Shown here: one piece after another, positions 21,624-31,107 of the stretch
Numbering within the stretch: the first letter of the stretch is position 1
Layout: each line of letters starts with the position of its first letter
DNA from: Gemmatimonadota bacterium
GTDB lineage: Bacteria; Gemmatimonadota; Gemmatimonadetes; JACCXV01; JAHWKZ01
Length of the DNA stretch: 64,000 nt
Assembly: GCA_033722155.1 (NCBI GenBank)
Contig: JAWVZN010000002.1
Location: 17,503-81,502 of the forward strand
Direction: 5' to 3'
Program-made: the position numbers and the translations under genes
The notes under the pieces: model-generated
Database searches by the model: none
Told to the model about the DNA's origin: nothing
What the model saw: the letters and a program-made list of their open reading frames with translations, nothing else

Positions 21624-23549
21624 CTACTCTTGGCTCTCCTCTTCTTCCTCGGACGTCTCCTCGCCCGCCAGCTCGGACTTCACCTCGGCGAGGGCGTCGG
21701 CCATCTGGGTGGTGGGGCGCTCCCGGCGCCGACGAGGCCGCTCCGGCTGCGGCGCCGGCTCCTCTGGGATCTCCCCCCGCTCGCGATGGCCCGGAATGTC
21801 GATCACGGAGAGCACGATTCGACGGTTCTCGGGATCGGACTCGATCACCTTCAGGACGAGCGTGTCGCCCTCGTCGAATTTGTCGGACGGCGCGTCGAGG
21901 TTCCGGTAGCCGAGCTGGGAGATCGGGACGAACCCCTCGACCTCTCCCTCGAGGTCGACGACGACGCCCTTGTCGAGCAGGCGGATGATCTCCCCCTCCG
22001 TCTCCACCCCGACCGCGTACTTCTCGGCGAGCTTGGGCCAGGGATTCTCCTTCAGGTCCTTGATCGACAGGGAGATCCGCTTGTTCTCGGTGTCGATGTT
22101 CAGGATCTCCACCTTCACCGTCTCCCCCTTGCGGACCACCTCGCTGGGATGGTGGATCCGGCGGGTCCACGACATGTCGCTGATGTGGACCAGGCCGTCG
22201 ATCCCCTCCTCGATCTCCACGAAGGCGCCGAAGCTCGTGAGGTTCCGGACCTTTCCGGAGATGACCGAGCCCGGCGGGTACTTCTCCGCCAGCGTCTCCC
22301 AGGGATCGTCCTCGATCTGCTTCATGCCGAGGGAGATCTTCTCCTCCTCCTCGTTCACGTTGAGGACGACCGCCTCGATGATGTCGCCGATCGACACCAC
22401 CTTGGACGGGTGCTTGATGTGCCGGGTCCAGCTCATCTCGCTGATGTGGACCAGCCCCTCGACCCCCTTCTCGAGCTCGACGAAGGCGCCGTAGTTCGTG
22501 ATGGAGACGACGCGGCCGTGCACCCGCGAGCCGACCGGGTACTTCTCGGTCACGTTGTCCCAGGGGTAGGGCTGGAGCTGCTTCAGCCCGAGGGAGATAC
22601 GGTTGTTCTCGAGGTCGAGGTCCAGGATCTTCACCTCGAGCTCGTCACCGATCGACACCAGCTCCGAGGGATGCCCGACGCGGCCCCACGACATGTCGGT
22701 GATGTGGAGCAGGCCGTCGGCCCCGCCGAGGTCGATGAAGGCCCCGAAGTCGGTGATGTTCTTCACCACGCCCTTGCGGACCTGGCCGACCGCGATCTCG
22801 TCCAGCAGCCGCTCGCGCTTCTGCTCGCGGATCTGCTCGAGGATCATCCGCCGGCTCACCACGATGTTCCGGCGACGCTTGTTGAGCTTGATGATCTTGA
22901 ACTCCATCGTCTGGCCGATCAGGGCGTCGATGTCCGGCACCCGGCGCAGAGCGATCTGGCTTCCGGGCAGGAAGGCGTCCACGCCGAACAGGTCGACGAT
23001 CACTCCGCCCTTGATCTTGCGGGCCAGCTGCCCCTGGACGATCTCGCCGGAGTCGTAGGCCTGGCGGATCTTGTCCCACACCTTGTAGAAATCGGCCTTC
23101 TTCTTCGACAGGACGACCCGGCCGTCCTCGTCTTCCAGGTTCTCGAGGAAGACGTCCACCTCGGCCCCGACCTCCTTGGAGTCGGTCGGCTTGAACTCCT
23201 CGATCGGAACGACCCCCTCGCTCTTGAACCCGACGTCGAGCACGACCACCGCGTCGTCGATGCGCAGGATCCGGCCGGTGACGATCTGGCCTTCCTGGAT
23301 GTCCTGGATCGACTCCTCGTACATGCCGAGGAGCGCCTCGTATTCGTCGAGCGAGTACTCGTCCTCGTCGAACAGGTCGGGGCGGATGTTGACGGCCTCC
23401 GCGGAGCGCTCGATCTCTTCGTCGAGCAGCTCGTCGGCGGGCTTTTCGTCGACCGGGAGCTCTTCCTCCTGCGTGGTCGACTCGTCGGTGAGGGTCGCGG
23501 TGGGGGTGGAGGTCTCGTCCTCCGTCGGGTGGTCCTTGGTGTCGGTCAT
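21624..23549 (-). CDS. rpsA: 30S ribosomal protein S1 (six S1 repeats)
   Basis: 641-aa ORF with repeated S1 motifs (…GRVVSITNYGAFVEL…, …GKVRNLTSFGAFVEI…) and Lys-rich, expression-type codon usage. Confidence 0.95.
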   Translation of the reverse strand: MTDTKDHPTEDETSTPTATLTDESTTQEEELPVDEKPADELLDEEIERSAEAVNIRPDLFDEDEYSLDEYEALLGMYEESIQDIQEGQIVTGRILRIDDAVVVLDVGFKSEGVVPIEEFKPTDSKEVGAEVDVFLENLEDEDGRVVLSKKKADFYKVWDKIRQAYDSGEIVQGQLARKIKGGVIVDLFGVDAFLPGSQIALRRVPDIDALIGQTMEFKIIKLNKRRRNIVVSRRMILEQIREQKRERLLDEIAVGQVRKGVVKNITDFGAFIDLGGADGLLHITDMSWGRVGHPSELVSIGDELEVKILDLDLENNRISLGLKQLQPYPWDNVTEKYPVGSRVHGRVVSITNYGAFVELEKGVEGLVHISEMSWTRHIKHPSKVVSIGDIIEAVVLNVNEEEEKISLGMKQIEDDPWETLAEKYPPGSVISGKVRNLTSFGAFVEIEEGIDGLVHISDMSWTRRIHHPSEVVRKGETVKVEILNIDTENKRISLSIKDLKENPWPKLAEKYAVGVETEGEIIRLLDKGVVVDLEGEVEGFVPISQLGYRNLDAPSDKFDEGDTLVLKVIESDPENRRIVLSVIDIPGHRERGEIPEEPAPQPERPRRRRERPTTQMADALAEVKSELAGEETSEEEEESQE

Positions 23550-23573
23550 GAAGGGGGGGCTTCCGGGTTCCGG

Positions 23574-23611
23574 TCAAAAAGAGCCCCGTTCCGGAGTGAT
23601 CCGGCCCGGGG
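23574..23611 (-). terminator. Intrinsic-terminator-like hairpin plus U-tract between cmk and rpsA (minus-strand RNA)
   Basis: The minus-strand RNA folds as CCCCGGGCCGGAUCACUCCGGAACGGGGC (outer CCCCG/CGGGG stem, inner CCGG/CCGG stem) followed by CUCUUUUUG, leaving about 25 nt before the rpsA ATG. Confidence 0.45.
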
Positions 23612-23639
23612 ACGTGTACGGATTCACGAGAGGAAGAAG

Positions 23640-24404
23640 CTACCCGCCACGTCTCTGCGCTGTCAAGTCGCCACCGGGCTTCACGATAGGCGGCAGGGGA
23701 CCCGCGCTCTCGGGGAGCTCGTCGCGACGCTCGGAGATCCGGTGGATCACCCGTGCCACCGTGGTCTCCACGTCGATGTCGCTCGTGTCGATCCGCACCG
23801 CGTCGGGAGCCATCGAGAGGGCTCCCGTGGGCCGCGCCCGGTCGGCCCGGTCCCGCTCGGCGAGGCTCTGCTCGTAGCTCGCCAGGACCGCGGGGTCCTC
23901 GGCCCGCTCGGGCTCGGCCTCCCGGGCCCGGCGTCGGGCCCGCTCCACGAGCGAGGCGTCGAGATACACCTTCAGGAAGGCGTCGGGAAAGACCACCGTA
24001 CCGATGTCGCGGCCGTCCACCACGGCCGGCTCCCCGTCCACCCGGTCCCGCAGGGCCTCGTTCACGATCTCCCGCAGGTCGGGGTCGTCGGCGACGCGGG
24101 AGACGATGCGGGTGACCGCCGGCAGCCGGATGGTGTCGGTCACGTCCTCGCCGTCCAGCCGGGTATGGACCCGCCCCCCGGAGAGCTCCTGCTCGGTCTC
24201 GGAGGAGGCGAGCTCGTCCCGCAGGCGGGCGCGATCCGCTTCGTCCTCGAGATCGATCCCCTCCCGCAGCGCGATCAGAGCCGCGACCCGGTAGAAGGCG
24301 CCGCTGTCCACGTAGCGCCAGCCGAGACGTCGGGCGACCTCTCGGGCCGTGGTGGACTTCCCGGTCCCGGCCGGCCCGTCGATCGCCACCACCGGAGAGC
24401 TCAT
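23640..24404 (-). CDS. cmk: Cytidylate kinase
   Basis: Trimmed from ORF 23640..25430 to MSSPVVAIDGPAGTGKSTTAREVARRLGWRYVDSGAFYR…. The ATG at 24402-24404 overlaps the upstream TGA (ATGA). Confidence 0.9.
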   Translation of the reverse strand: MSSPVVAIDGPAGTGKSTTAREVARRLGWRYVDSGAFYRVAALIALREGIDLEDEADRARLRDELASSETEQELSGGRVHTRLDGEDVTDTIRLPAVTRIVSRVADDPDLREIVNEALRDRVDGEPAVVDGRDIGTVVFPDAFLKVYLDASLVERARRRAREAEPERAEDPAVLASYEQSLAERDRADRARPTGALSMAPDAVRIDTSDIDVETTVARVIHRISERRDELPESAGPLPPIVKPGGDLTAQRRGG

Positions 24405-25597
24405 CCGGCGACGGACGCGATCGGCCGGTCGAGCTCCATCCCGTCGAGGGCCGCGAGCACGCGGTCCCGGAGCTCGAACACGGCAGGCGGAGGCTCCTCC
24501 GGGGGGGCCAGCGCGTCGGGCACGGACGCTCCGCAGCCGGGACACGGATAGGTGGCGGTCTTCGGCGCCGCCGGAACCACCGAGCGAGCTTCGCACCCGT
24601 CGCACACGAGCAGGGCCTTGCGGCCCGACTCCTTGCCCCGCTTGGCGACGGGCGATCCCTCGATCTCGACGATGTCGAGCGAGAAGTCGACGGTCGCGGC
24701 GGCGGAGATCCGGGTGCCGACACCGTATCCGTCGGCGAGGGGGTTGAGCCGCTCGATCGCACGCTCGTCGATCCCGCCCGAGACGAAGAACTCGACCCCC
24801 TCGAACCCGCGCCGGTCGAGTTCCCAGCGGGTCTCCCGCATCAGCTGCAATAAGTCGCCCCGCCGGGAGCCCGGGGTGTCGAACCGGATCCCCGCGAGAC
24901 GCTCCTCCAGCGCCTCGGCGACCCGGAGGGCCTCGAACTTCTCGTCCTGGAAGGTGTCGATCAGGACGATCGTGGGGACATCGTCCCCGAAGGCCTCGTC
25001 GAAGGCGCGGGCCGTCCGCACGGTGTCGCCCAGGATCAGGACGAGGGCATGCGGCATCGTCCCGGTCGGCTCGACCCCGATCCGCTCGGCGGCGGCGATC
25101 GCGCTCACGCCGTCGCACCCTCCCAGGTAGGCGGCCCGTTCGATCATGGGGGTGATGGCGGGATGCATCCGCCGGGCTCCGAAGGAGAGCACGGTCCGCT
25201 CGCCCGCGGCGATACGGCAGCGGGCGGCCGCGGTGGCCACTCCGGAGGCCTGGCAGATCAAGCCCAGCAGCGGGGTCTCGAGCTCGGCGAAGCTCCGGTA
25301 GCGCCCCTCGACCGTCAGGACGGGCTCCCGCGGGCCGAAGGGCGATCCCTCCGGAAGCGCCCGGAGCCGGGCGTCCTTCCGGGGCTCGAGCAGGGCCCTC
25401 GCTTCGTCGGTCCCGGCGAGGATCGCCCACGGCCAGCCGTCCGGGAGGGACTTGGCGCGCACCTCCACGACGACGTGGGGGTCGACACCCTCCCGCTCGA
25501 GCACTTCGAGCGTGCGGTCGAAGTACACGTCGGTGGTGCGGCCGCGCAGGATCGCGTCGGGGGTGGAGACGTGAAAGGGGTCGGCGAAGTCGTTCAT
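24401..25597 (-). CDS. Nicotinate phosphoribosyltransferase-family protein with a C-terminal CxxC-CxxC zinc ribbon
   Basis: ORF 24401..25636: …DVYFDRTLEVLEREG…FGARRMHPAITPMIERAAYLGGCDGVS…VLIDTFQDE…, ending …LLVCDGCEARSV…TYPCPGCGA. The listed start is TTG; the internal ATG at 25595-25597 (MNDFADPFH…) is preferred. Confidence 0.7.
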   Translation of the reverse strand: MNDFADPFHVSTPDAILRGRTTDVYFDRTLEVLEREGVDPHVVVEVRAKSLPDGWPWAILAGTDEARALLEPRKDARLRALPEGSPFGPREPVLTVEGRYRSFAELETPLLGLICQASGVATAAARCRIAAGERTVLSFGARRMHPAITPMIERAAYLGGCDGVSAIAAAERIGVEPTGTMPHALVLILGDTVRTARAFDEAFGDDVPTIVLIDTFQDEKFEALRVAEALEERLAGIRFDTPGSRRGDLLQLMRETRWELDRRGFEGVEFFVSGGIDERAIERLNPLADGYGVGTRISAAATVDFSLDIVEIEGSPVAKRGKESGRKALLVCDGCEARSVVPAAPKTATYPCPGCGASVPDALAPPEEPPPAVFELRDRVLAALDGMELDRPIASVAG

Positions 25598-25660
25598 CGG
25601 GCGAGGGAGGTTACCGCGGGGTCGGGCCCGCTTCAAGACGGCCGCGCTCCCGGAGGGACC

Positions 25661-26626
25661 CTACAGCCACCCCCGCCGACGGAAGAACCACAGCAGGCTC
25701 CCCGCCACCGCGAGCATCACCCCCCACACCGCGAAGTAGCCGTACCGCCAGCCGAGCTCGGGCATGTACTCGAAGTTCATGCCGTAGACTCCGGCGATGA
25801 AGGTGAGCGGAAGCATGATGGTGGCGAAGATCGTCAGGACCTTCATCACCTCGTTGAGACGCTGGCTCACCACCGAGAGATAGGCGTCGAGCGCGCCCGT
25901 GAGGAGGTCGCGGTACCCGTCGGCCACCTCCACGAGCCGGTAGGAGGAGTCGTAGAGGTCGCGGTAGAAGGTCACCGTGGCCGGGTCGATCTCCTCGTAC
26001 TCCCCGCGGCCGAGACGGGAGAACACCTCCCGGTGCGGGTCGAGGGTGCGCTTGATCTCGAGCGAGCGCCGCTTGGCGGCGAGGATCCGATCGAGCGTCT
26101 CGTCCGACGGGTCGGCGAACAGCTCCTCCTCGATCTTCTCGATCTCCCCGTCGACGGTCTCGAGAGCCGGGAAGTAGAACTCCACCATCCGGTCGAGGAT
26201 CTCGTACAGGAGGTAGTCCAAACCGCGAAAGCGGGCCCGTCCTCCGGCGGCGTACTTGTCTCGGATCGCTCCGACGCTGCGAAGCGGGGCGCGATGGTAC
26301 GTCACCAGGAAGCCCGGACCGAGGAACGCGGCCAGCTTCAGGGTGCGGAGTTCGTCCTCCGGAGCGGCGAAGTCGATTCCGCGAAAGATCAGGAAGAGGT
26401 AGGGGCCGAAGTCCTCCACCTTGGGCTGGTGCTCGGGGGTGAGGCAATCCTCGATGGCGAGAGGGTGAAACCCGAAGGGCTCCTCGAGGATCGCGAACTC
26501 CTCGTCGGTGGGGGCCTGGAGGTCGAGCCAGAGCCGTGACCCGTCGTCCGGGGGCCATGCGGCCGAATCGAACCGTTCGGCGAGCCGGGGCGGACCCTCC
26601 GGGTGGAGCCAGACCGCCGTCAGCAC
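25661..26626 (-). CDS. corA: Magnesium/cobalt transporter CorA
   Basis: 321-aa ORF ending …YGMNFEYMPEL…WRYGYFAVWGVMLAVAGSLLWFFRRRGWL (GMN motif plus two C-terminal TM helices). Confidence 0.85.
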   Translation of the reverse strand: MLTAVWLHPEGPPRLAERFDSAAWPPDDGSRLWLDLQAPTDEEFAILEEPFGFHPLAIEDCLTPEHQPKVEDFGPYLFLIFRGIDFAAPEDELRTLKLAAFLGPGFLVTYHRAPLRSVGAIRDKYAAGGRARFRGLDYLLYEILDRMVEFYFPALETVDGEIEKIEEELFADPSDETLDRILAAKRRSLEIKRTLDPHREVFSRLGRGEYEEIDPATVTFYRDLYDSSYRLVEVADGYRDLLTGALDAYLSVVSQRLNEVMKVLTIFATIMLPLTFIAGVYGMNFEYMPELGWRYGYFAVWGVMLAVAGSLLWFFRRRGWL

Positions 26627-26642
26627 GGAGGGCCCGCGTCCG

Positions 26643-27227
26643 TCAGGTGGAGCAGTGGACGCACCGGAAGGTGGTCGGGAGCTCCTCGAGACGGTTCTTC
26701 GGGATCTTCCGGCCGCACGCCCGACACACCCCGTACTCGCGGGCGTCGATCAACTCGAGGGCCGTCCGGATTCGCTTCAGCTCGTCGGTCTCGCGCTCCT
26801 CGAGCCGGAGGAGGATGTCCCGGTCCTTCTCCTCCTGGGCGCGCTCCTCCAGTTCACGGCTGGTGCTCTCGTCGAGCTCGGCGAGCTCCTCCCGAAGCTC
26901 GTCGAGCCGCTGGCTCACCCGGACCCGTTCCTCCAGCAGCCGCTTGCGGAACCGCTCGTAGAAGGCGTCCCCCCGGTCGATCTTCTCCCGTTTCCCCGCC
27001 CCCTCTCCCCACGCGCCGTCGGGCTCGGTCTCCAGGGTGGGCTCCCGGGTCCCCGGAGGAGCGTCCTCGTTCGCTCCCGGCTCGCGCCGGGTGGTCTTCT
27101 CGCCCGCGCGTCCCGGGATCCGCTTCGCCTCCTCGTCCTCGATCTCGCGGGCGTCGCGCTCCACGCGCTCCCTCTTCTCCTCTTCCTCGTCCTCGCCACC
27201 GGCGCGATCGCGCCTCTCGTCCGCCAT
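26643..27227 (-). CDS. DksA/TraR-family C4 zinc-finger protein with a highly charged low-complexity N-terminal extension
   Basis: 194-aa ORF with the C-terminus …DAREYGVCRACGRKIPKNRLEELPTTFRCVHC; the N-terminal ~80 aa are rich in E/R/D. Confidence 0.7.
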   Translation of the reverse strand: MADERRDRAGGEDEEEEKRERVERDAREIEDEEAKRIPGRAGEKTTRREPGANEDAPPGTREPTLETEPDGAWGEGAGKREKIDRGDAFYERFRKRLLEERVRVSQRLDELREELAELDESTSRELEERAQEEKDRDILLRLEERETDELKRIRTALELIDAREYGVCRACGRKIPKNRLEELPTTFRCVHCST

Positions 27228-27300
27228 GAGACCTCCCTCGCTCTAGGATTCCGGTCCTGGATGATAGCCGACCGTCCCCGCCCCGGGCAACCGGGGACGC

Positions 27301-27822
27301 CTATCGCCAGGGCCCGGGGATCGCCTCGAGCCACCGCCACCAGACCGGCCTCCCGTCCGGCCCCTCGTCGGCCTCGGGAGCGAGGACCTCCTCCACGTCG
27401 GAGCCGACCACCACGGTGACGTCCAGGATCAGCGTCGAGTCGGGCTCGGACCGGATCGGCACCCCGCGCAGGGAGCTCGCGACGTCTCGTGCGGGCCGGA
27501 CGTTCCCCACCCGGTCGATCACGACCGTGCGGGACCGGCCGAACGAGTCGGCGTTGCCGAACTCGACCACGTCGTAGCCGCGATCGCGCAGGTAGTCGGT
27601 CATCCGGGCGGCCGCTCCGGGCTCTCCCGAGCCGTTCAGCACCTGTACCCGGATCCGGGCCCGCTCGGCGGGGGGCATGGGCGCCCGAACCGATTCCCGA
27701 TCCTCCCTCTCGGGCCCGTCGCTCGGGTTCTGGTGCTGGAGCCAGGTGGACATCACGAAGCCTCCAAGGATGAGGGCGAACAGGCTGATCGCCCCCGTCT
27801 CGAGACAGCCGCGGAGGTTCAC
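27301..27822 (-). CDS. LytR_C-domain membrane protein (LytR/CpsA/Psr C-terminal-domain-like), ~173 aa
   Basis: C-terminal part of ORF 27301..28299: …GAISLFALILGGFVMSTWL… (TM) then …RIRVQVLNGSGEPGAAARMTDYLRDRGYDVVEFGNADSF…TVVI…. The GTG at 27820-27822 forms a GTGA overlap with the upstream stop. An alternative ATG start lies at 27853-27855. Confidence 0.6.
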   Translation of the reverse strand: MNLRGCLETGAISLFALILGGFVMSTWLQHQNPSDGPEREDRESVRAPMPPAERARIRVQVLNGSGEPGAAARMTDYLRDRGYDVVEFGNADSFGRSRTVVIDRVGNVRPARDVASSLRGVPIRSEPDSTLILDVTVVVGSDVEEVLAPEADEGPDGRPVWWRWLEAIPGPWR

Positions 27823-28427
27823 GAGGTCTCCGTCCACGCGTTCCAGGCCCGCCATCCGTCGGGGTGGACGGGGCGCCCCCGGTCGAGCACCCACCGCAGG
27901 CGGAGACCCAACACGGTGCGGGCCGACCGGTGGAGCCCGGCCTCGCCCTCGGCCGCGCGCTTCCGCAGCGAGGCGGCGTCGACGACTTCGGAGAAGCTCC
28001 GCGTCGGCTCGGCGAAGTCGGCGACGTAGAGCAGCTTGCCGATCCTTCCCCACGCCGGATGGGCGGTCGGATGGTGGCGGACCGCGGCGAGCACGCGGGG
28101 GTCGGTCTCTCCGCGGCGGCGGGCCCAGACGGCGGCCGCCTGGGCGTGGAGCAGCTCGGGGGCGTAGGCCGCGGCCCAGGGATCGGGCTCCTCCCCCGCG
28201 TCGAGGATCGCCTTCCGCCACGCGTCGGGCCCGTCCGGCTTGCGGGCGTCGTGATACCACGCCGCCCGCTCCACGGCGTCCCGGTCGGAGAGGGACCAAC
28301 CGGCGTCGGCCGCGATCGCGAGGACGGTCTCGGCCACCGATTCGACGTGCCTCAGGCGGTCCCCCTCCAGCCGGGAGCGCACGGAAGCGCGCAGCGGGGC
28401 GGCGGCCGGGCCCTCAGTCCGCTCCAC
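27819..28427 (-). CDS. HD-domain hydrolase, YqeK-like (bis(5'-nucleosyl)-tetraphosphatase family)
   Basis: 202-aa ORF: …RHVESVAETVLAIAADAG…AAWYHDARKPDG… (HD motif). Confidence 0.6.
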   Translation of the reverse strand: MERTEGPAAAPLRASVRSRLEGDRLRHVESVAETVLAIAADAGWSLSDRDAVERAAWYHDARKPDGPDAWRKAILDAGEEPDPWAAAYAPELLHAQAAAVWARRRGETDPRVLAAVRHHPTAHPAWGRIGKLLYVADFAEPTRSFSEVVDAASLRKRAAEGEAGLHRSARTVLGLRLRWVLDRGRPVHPDGWRAWNAWTETS

Positions 28428-29463
28428 GACGGACGAAGGCCTTGACGATCGCGCCGTTGGGGATCGTCGTCCGCACGAGGTGGTTCCACCCCCGCAGCTC
28501 GGCTCCCCGGCCGACGTGGGAGTCGACGATCCGGCTGAAGGGGCCGATCACGGCCTCCCGACCGACGGTGGAGGCCCCCTCGATGAGCACGTCGGGGTAG
28601 ACGACCGTGTCCGGTCCGATGTCCACGTCGGCGTCGACGAGGGTCGTCTCCGGGGCGAGGAAGGTGACGCCCCGGGCCATGAGCCGCCGTCGGATCCGCC
28701 GCCGGATCACCCCCTCGACCTCGGCGAGCTGGGCGCGGTCGTTCACTCCGGTCATCTCCCGCGGGTCCTCGAGCTCCGACACCCGGGCGTGGCGGCCCCG
28801 CTCGGCGAGAAGCCCCACCACGTCGGTCAGGTACTCCTCCCCCTGAACGTTCTCGGGCTCGAGCTCGGCGAGCAGCGGCTCCACCACCGGCCAGTCGAAG
28901 CAGTACACGCCGGCGTTGACCAGGCGTATCTCCCGCACCTCGGCGTCGGCGTCCGCCTCCTCCACGATCCTCAGGATCCGCCCGTCGTCCACGATCACGC
29001 GGCCGTAGCCGGAGGGGTCCTCGAGGCGGGCCGCGAGCAGGGTCGCCGGGGCGTCCTCCTCCCGGTGCAGCGCGACGAGCTCCTCCAGGGTGTCGGCGGA
29101 GAGCAGCGGGGTGTCGCCGCAGCACACGAACACGTCTCCCTCGAAACCGTCCAGGCGGGGCGCCGCGCAACGGAGGGCGTGGCCGGTGCCCCGCTGGTCC
29201 TCCTGGACCGCGAACCGGATGCCCGACACGGAGGCGAGCGCTTCCCTCACCCTCTCCTCCTGGAAGCCGATCACGCACACGATCGGTTCGGCCTCCAGCG
29301 CCCGAACGGAGGAGAGGACGTGATGGATCATGGGACGGCCCGCCAGCGGGTGGAGAACCTTGACGAGCCGGGACCGCATGCGGGTTCCCTCCCCCGCGGC
29401 CAGAACCACGGCGGCCAGACCCCGGTCGCGGCCCGACGGCTCAGCCACCGGAACGCTCCCCAC
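28414..29463 (-). CDS. Sugar-phosphate nucleotidyltransferase with a C-terminal left-handed beta-helix (GlmU N-terminal-like, lacking the acetyltransferase tail)
   Basis: 349-aa ORF: …GLAAVVLAAGEGTRMRS…VIGFQEERVREAL… followed by hexapeptide repeats. The listed start is GTG at 29463, and an alternative GTG lies at 29446-29448 (8-nt overlap with panC). Confidence 0.7.
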   Translation of the reverse strand: MGSVPVAEPSGRDRGLAAVVLAAGEGTRMRSRLVKVLHPLAGRPMIHHVLSSVRALEAEPIVCVIGFQEERVREALASVSGIRFAVQEDQRGTGHALRCAAPRLDGFEGDVFVCCGDTPLLSADTLEELVALHREEDAPATLLAARLEDPSGYGRVIVDDGRILRIVEEADADAEVREIRLVNAGVYCFDWPVVEPLLAELEPENVQGEEYLTDVVGLLAERGRHARVSELEDPREMTGVNDRAQLAEVEGVIRRRIRRRLMARGVTFLAPETTLVDADVDIGPDTVVYPDVLIEGASTVGREAVIGPFSRIVDSHVGRGAELRGWNHLVRTTIPNGAIVKAFVRRGAD

Positions 29464-30313
29464 GGGGGTCGAGGAGAGCGTTGTCGATGAGCCGGACCGG
29501 GCCCACGCGGGCGGCCACGGCGGCGACGCAGGGGCCCTCCACCGTGTCGACCCGGACGAACCGGTCCCGGTCCACCACCGCGGCGTATTCCGGCTCCACC
29601 CCCGGGGCGTCCTCGAGCGAGCGCCGCATCGCGTCCTCGAGGCGCGTTCCGTCCCGCTCCCCGAATCGGAAAAGCTCCCGGACGCGCTCCAGAGTCCGGG
29701 GGATGGCCAGGGCCCGCTCGCGCTGATCGGGCGAGAGGCGGACGTTCCGGCTCGACGCGGCGAGGCCGTCCGGCTCCCGCACCGTCGGAGCGACCTCCAG
29801 CTCGACCGGGAAGTCGAGGTCGGCGATCAGCCGCCGCACCGCCGCCGCCTGCTGGGCGTCCTTCCGCCCGAACACCGCGACGTGGGGCTCGACCACGTGG
29901 AACAGCTTGGTGACCACGGTGAGGACCCCGTCGAAGTGGCCCGGCCGGGCGGCCCCCTCGAACCCCTCGGTGATTCCCCGCATCGTGACCGAGGCGAGCG
30001 GCGGCTCCGGGTACATCTCCTCGACGGAGGGGGCGAAGACGAGATCCACCCCTCTCCCGCCGGCGAGATCCAGGTCCCGGTCCAGGTCGCGGGGATACGC
30101 TTCCAGGTCGCTCTCGGAGTCGAACTGGGTGGGGTTGACGAAGATCGACAGCACGAGACGGTCTGCGAGCCCCCGGGCGAGGTCCACGAGAGAGAGGTGA
30201 CCCTCGTGAAGGTATCCCATCGTGGGAACGAGCGCGATCCGGTCGCCGCGTCGCCGGGACGCGTCCAGGGACTCGCGGCAGGCGGCGACCGTCCTCGCGA
30301 GCTCCGGCCTCAC
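29441..30313 (-). CDS. panC: Pantoate--beta-alanine ligase
   Basis: Trimmed from ORF 29441..30583. VRPELARTVAACRESLDASRRRGDRIALVPTMGYLHEGHLSL…. GTG start overlaps the panB TGA (GTGA). Confidence 0.9.
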   Translation of the reverse strand: MRPELARTVAACRESLDASRRRGDRIALVPTMGYLHEGHLSLVDLARGLADRLVLSIFVNPTQFDSESDLEAYPRDLDRDLDLAGGRGVDLVFAPSVEEMYPEPPLASVTMRGITEGFEGAARPGHFDGVLTVVTKLFHVVEPHVAVFGRKDAQQAAAVRRLIADLDFPVELEVAPTVREPDGLAASSRNVRLSPDQRERALAIPRTLERVRELFRFGERDGTRLEDAMRRSLEDAPGVEPEYAAVVDRDRFVRVDTVEGPCVAAVAARVGPVRLIDNALLDPRGERSGG

Positions 30314-31107
30314 GGATACGATTCGGCCTCGTCGGGGAAGCGCCCCTGTCGCACATCGTCCACGAACCGGCCGAGGGCCTCCTCGATGCTCGCCCCGAGG
30401 TCCGCGTAGCGGCGCACGAACCGGGGCCGGAAGTCCGGCGTGAGGCCCAGCAGGTCCGGGGTGACCAGGACCTGACCGTCGGTCTCCGGCCCGGCTCCGA
30501 TGCCGATCGTCGGAACCGGCGAGTCCGCGGTCACCGTGGCGGCCAGGTCGCGCGGAATCTTCTCGAGCACGAGCGCGAAGCAACCGGCATCCGCCAGCGC
30601 GCGCGCGTCGGCCTCCAGCCGCGCCGCCGAGTCGGGCTCGTCGGCCTGGAGCCCGTAGCCGCCGAAGGCGTGCACGGATTGCGGGGTGAGCCCGAGATGC
30701 CCCATCACCGGGATACCCGCGGCCACCAGCCGCTCCACGGTGGGGGCGAGCCGCTCCCCGCCCTCGATCTTGACGGCCTGGGCCCCGGTCTCCTTCAGCA
30801 CCCGGCCGGCGTTGCGGAGGGTGTCCTCCGGGGAGACCTGGAAGGTGAGGAACGGCATGTCAACGACGACGAGGCAGTCGGGGGCCCCGCGCCGGACCGC
30901 GCGGGCGTGGTAGAGGATGTCGTCGAGGGTGACCGGAAGGGTCGTGGGGTGGCCGGCGAACACCTGCCCCACCGAATCGCCCACGAGGATCCCGTCCACG
31001 TCCGCTTCGGACACGTAGCGGGCGAGAAGCCAGTCGTAGGCGGTGAGGAACACGATCCGCTCCCCGGCCTCCTTCTTCTCGCGGAGGGTGCGGACCGTCT
31101 CGCTCAC
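30310..31107 (-). CDS. panB: 3-methyl-2-oxobutanoate hydroxymethyltransferase
   Basis: Trimmed from ORF 30310..31497. VSETVRTLREKKEAGERIVFLTAYDWLLARYVSEADVDGILVGDSVGQV…. GTG start overlaps the folK TGA (GTGA). Confidence 0.9.
   Translation of the reverse strand: MSETVRTLREKKEAGERIVFLTAYDWLLARYVSEADVDGILVGDSVGQVFAGHPTTLPVTLDDILYHARAVRRGAPDCLVVVDMPFLTFQVSPEDTLRNAGRVLKETGAQAVKIEGGERLAPTVERLVAAGIPVMGHLGLTPQSVHAFGGYGLQADEPDSAARLEADARALADAGCFALVLEKIPRDLAATVTADSPVPTIGIGAGPETDGQVLVTPDLLGLTPDFRPRFVRRYADLGASIEEALGRFVDDVRQGRFPDEAESYP

Noticed and set aside
19849-22170. 773-aa ORF and overlapping 443-aa ORF 20252..21583
   Set aside because: The N-terminal ~190 aa are R/G-rich junk upstream of a clear lipoprotein signal peptide, so the call was trimmed to GTG 21594. 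The 443-aa ORF is an alternate frame of the same gene.
25598-25660. Possible small ORF or RNA elements in the corA / NAPRTase spacer and other short spacers (27228..27300, 13099..13181, 45488..45624)
   Set aside because: No conserved riboswitch cores or convincing small ORFs were recognized by eye. They were left unannotated and would need Rfam/Infernal scanning.
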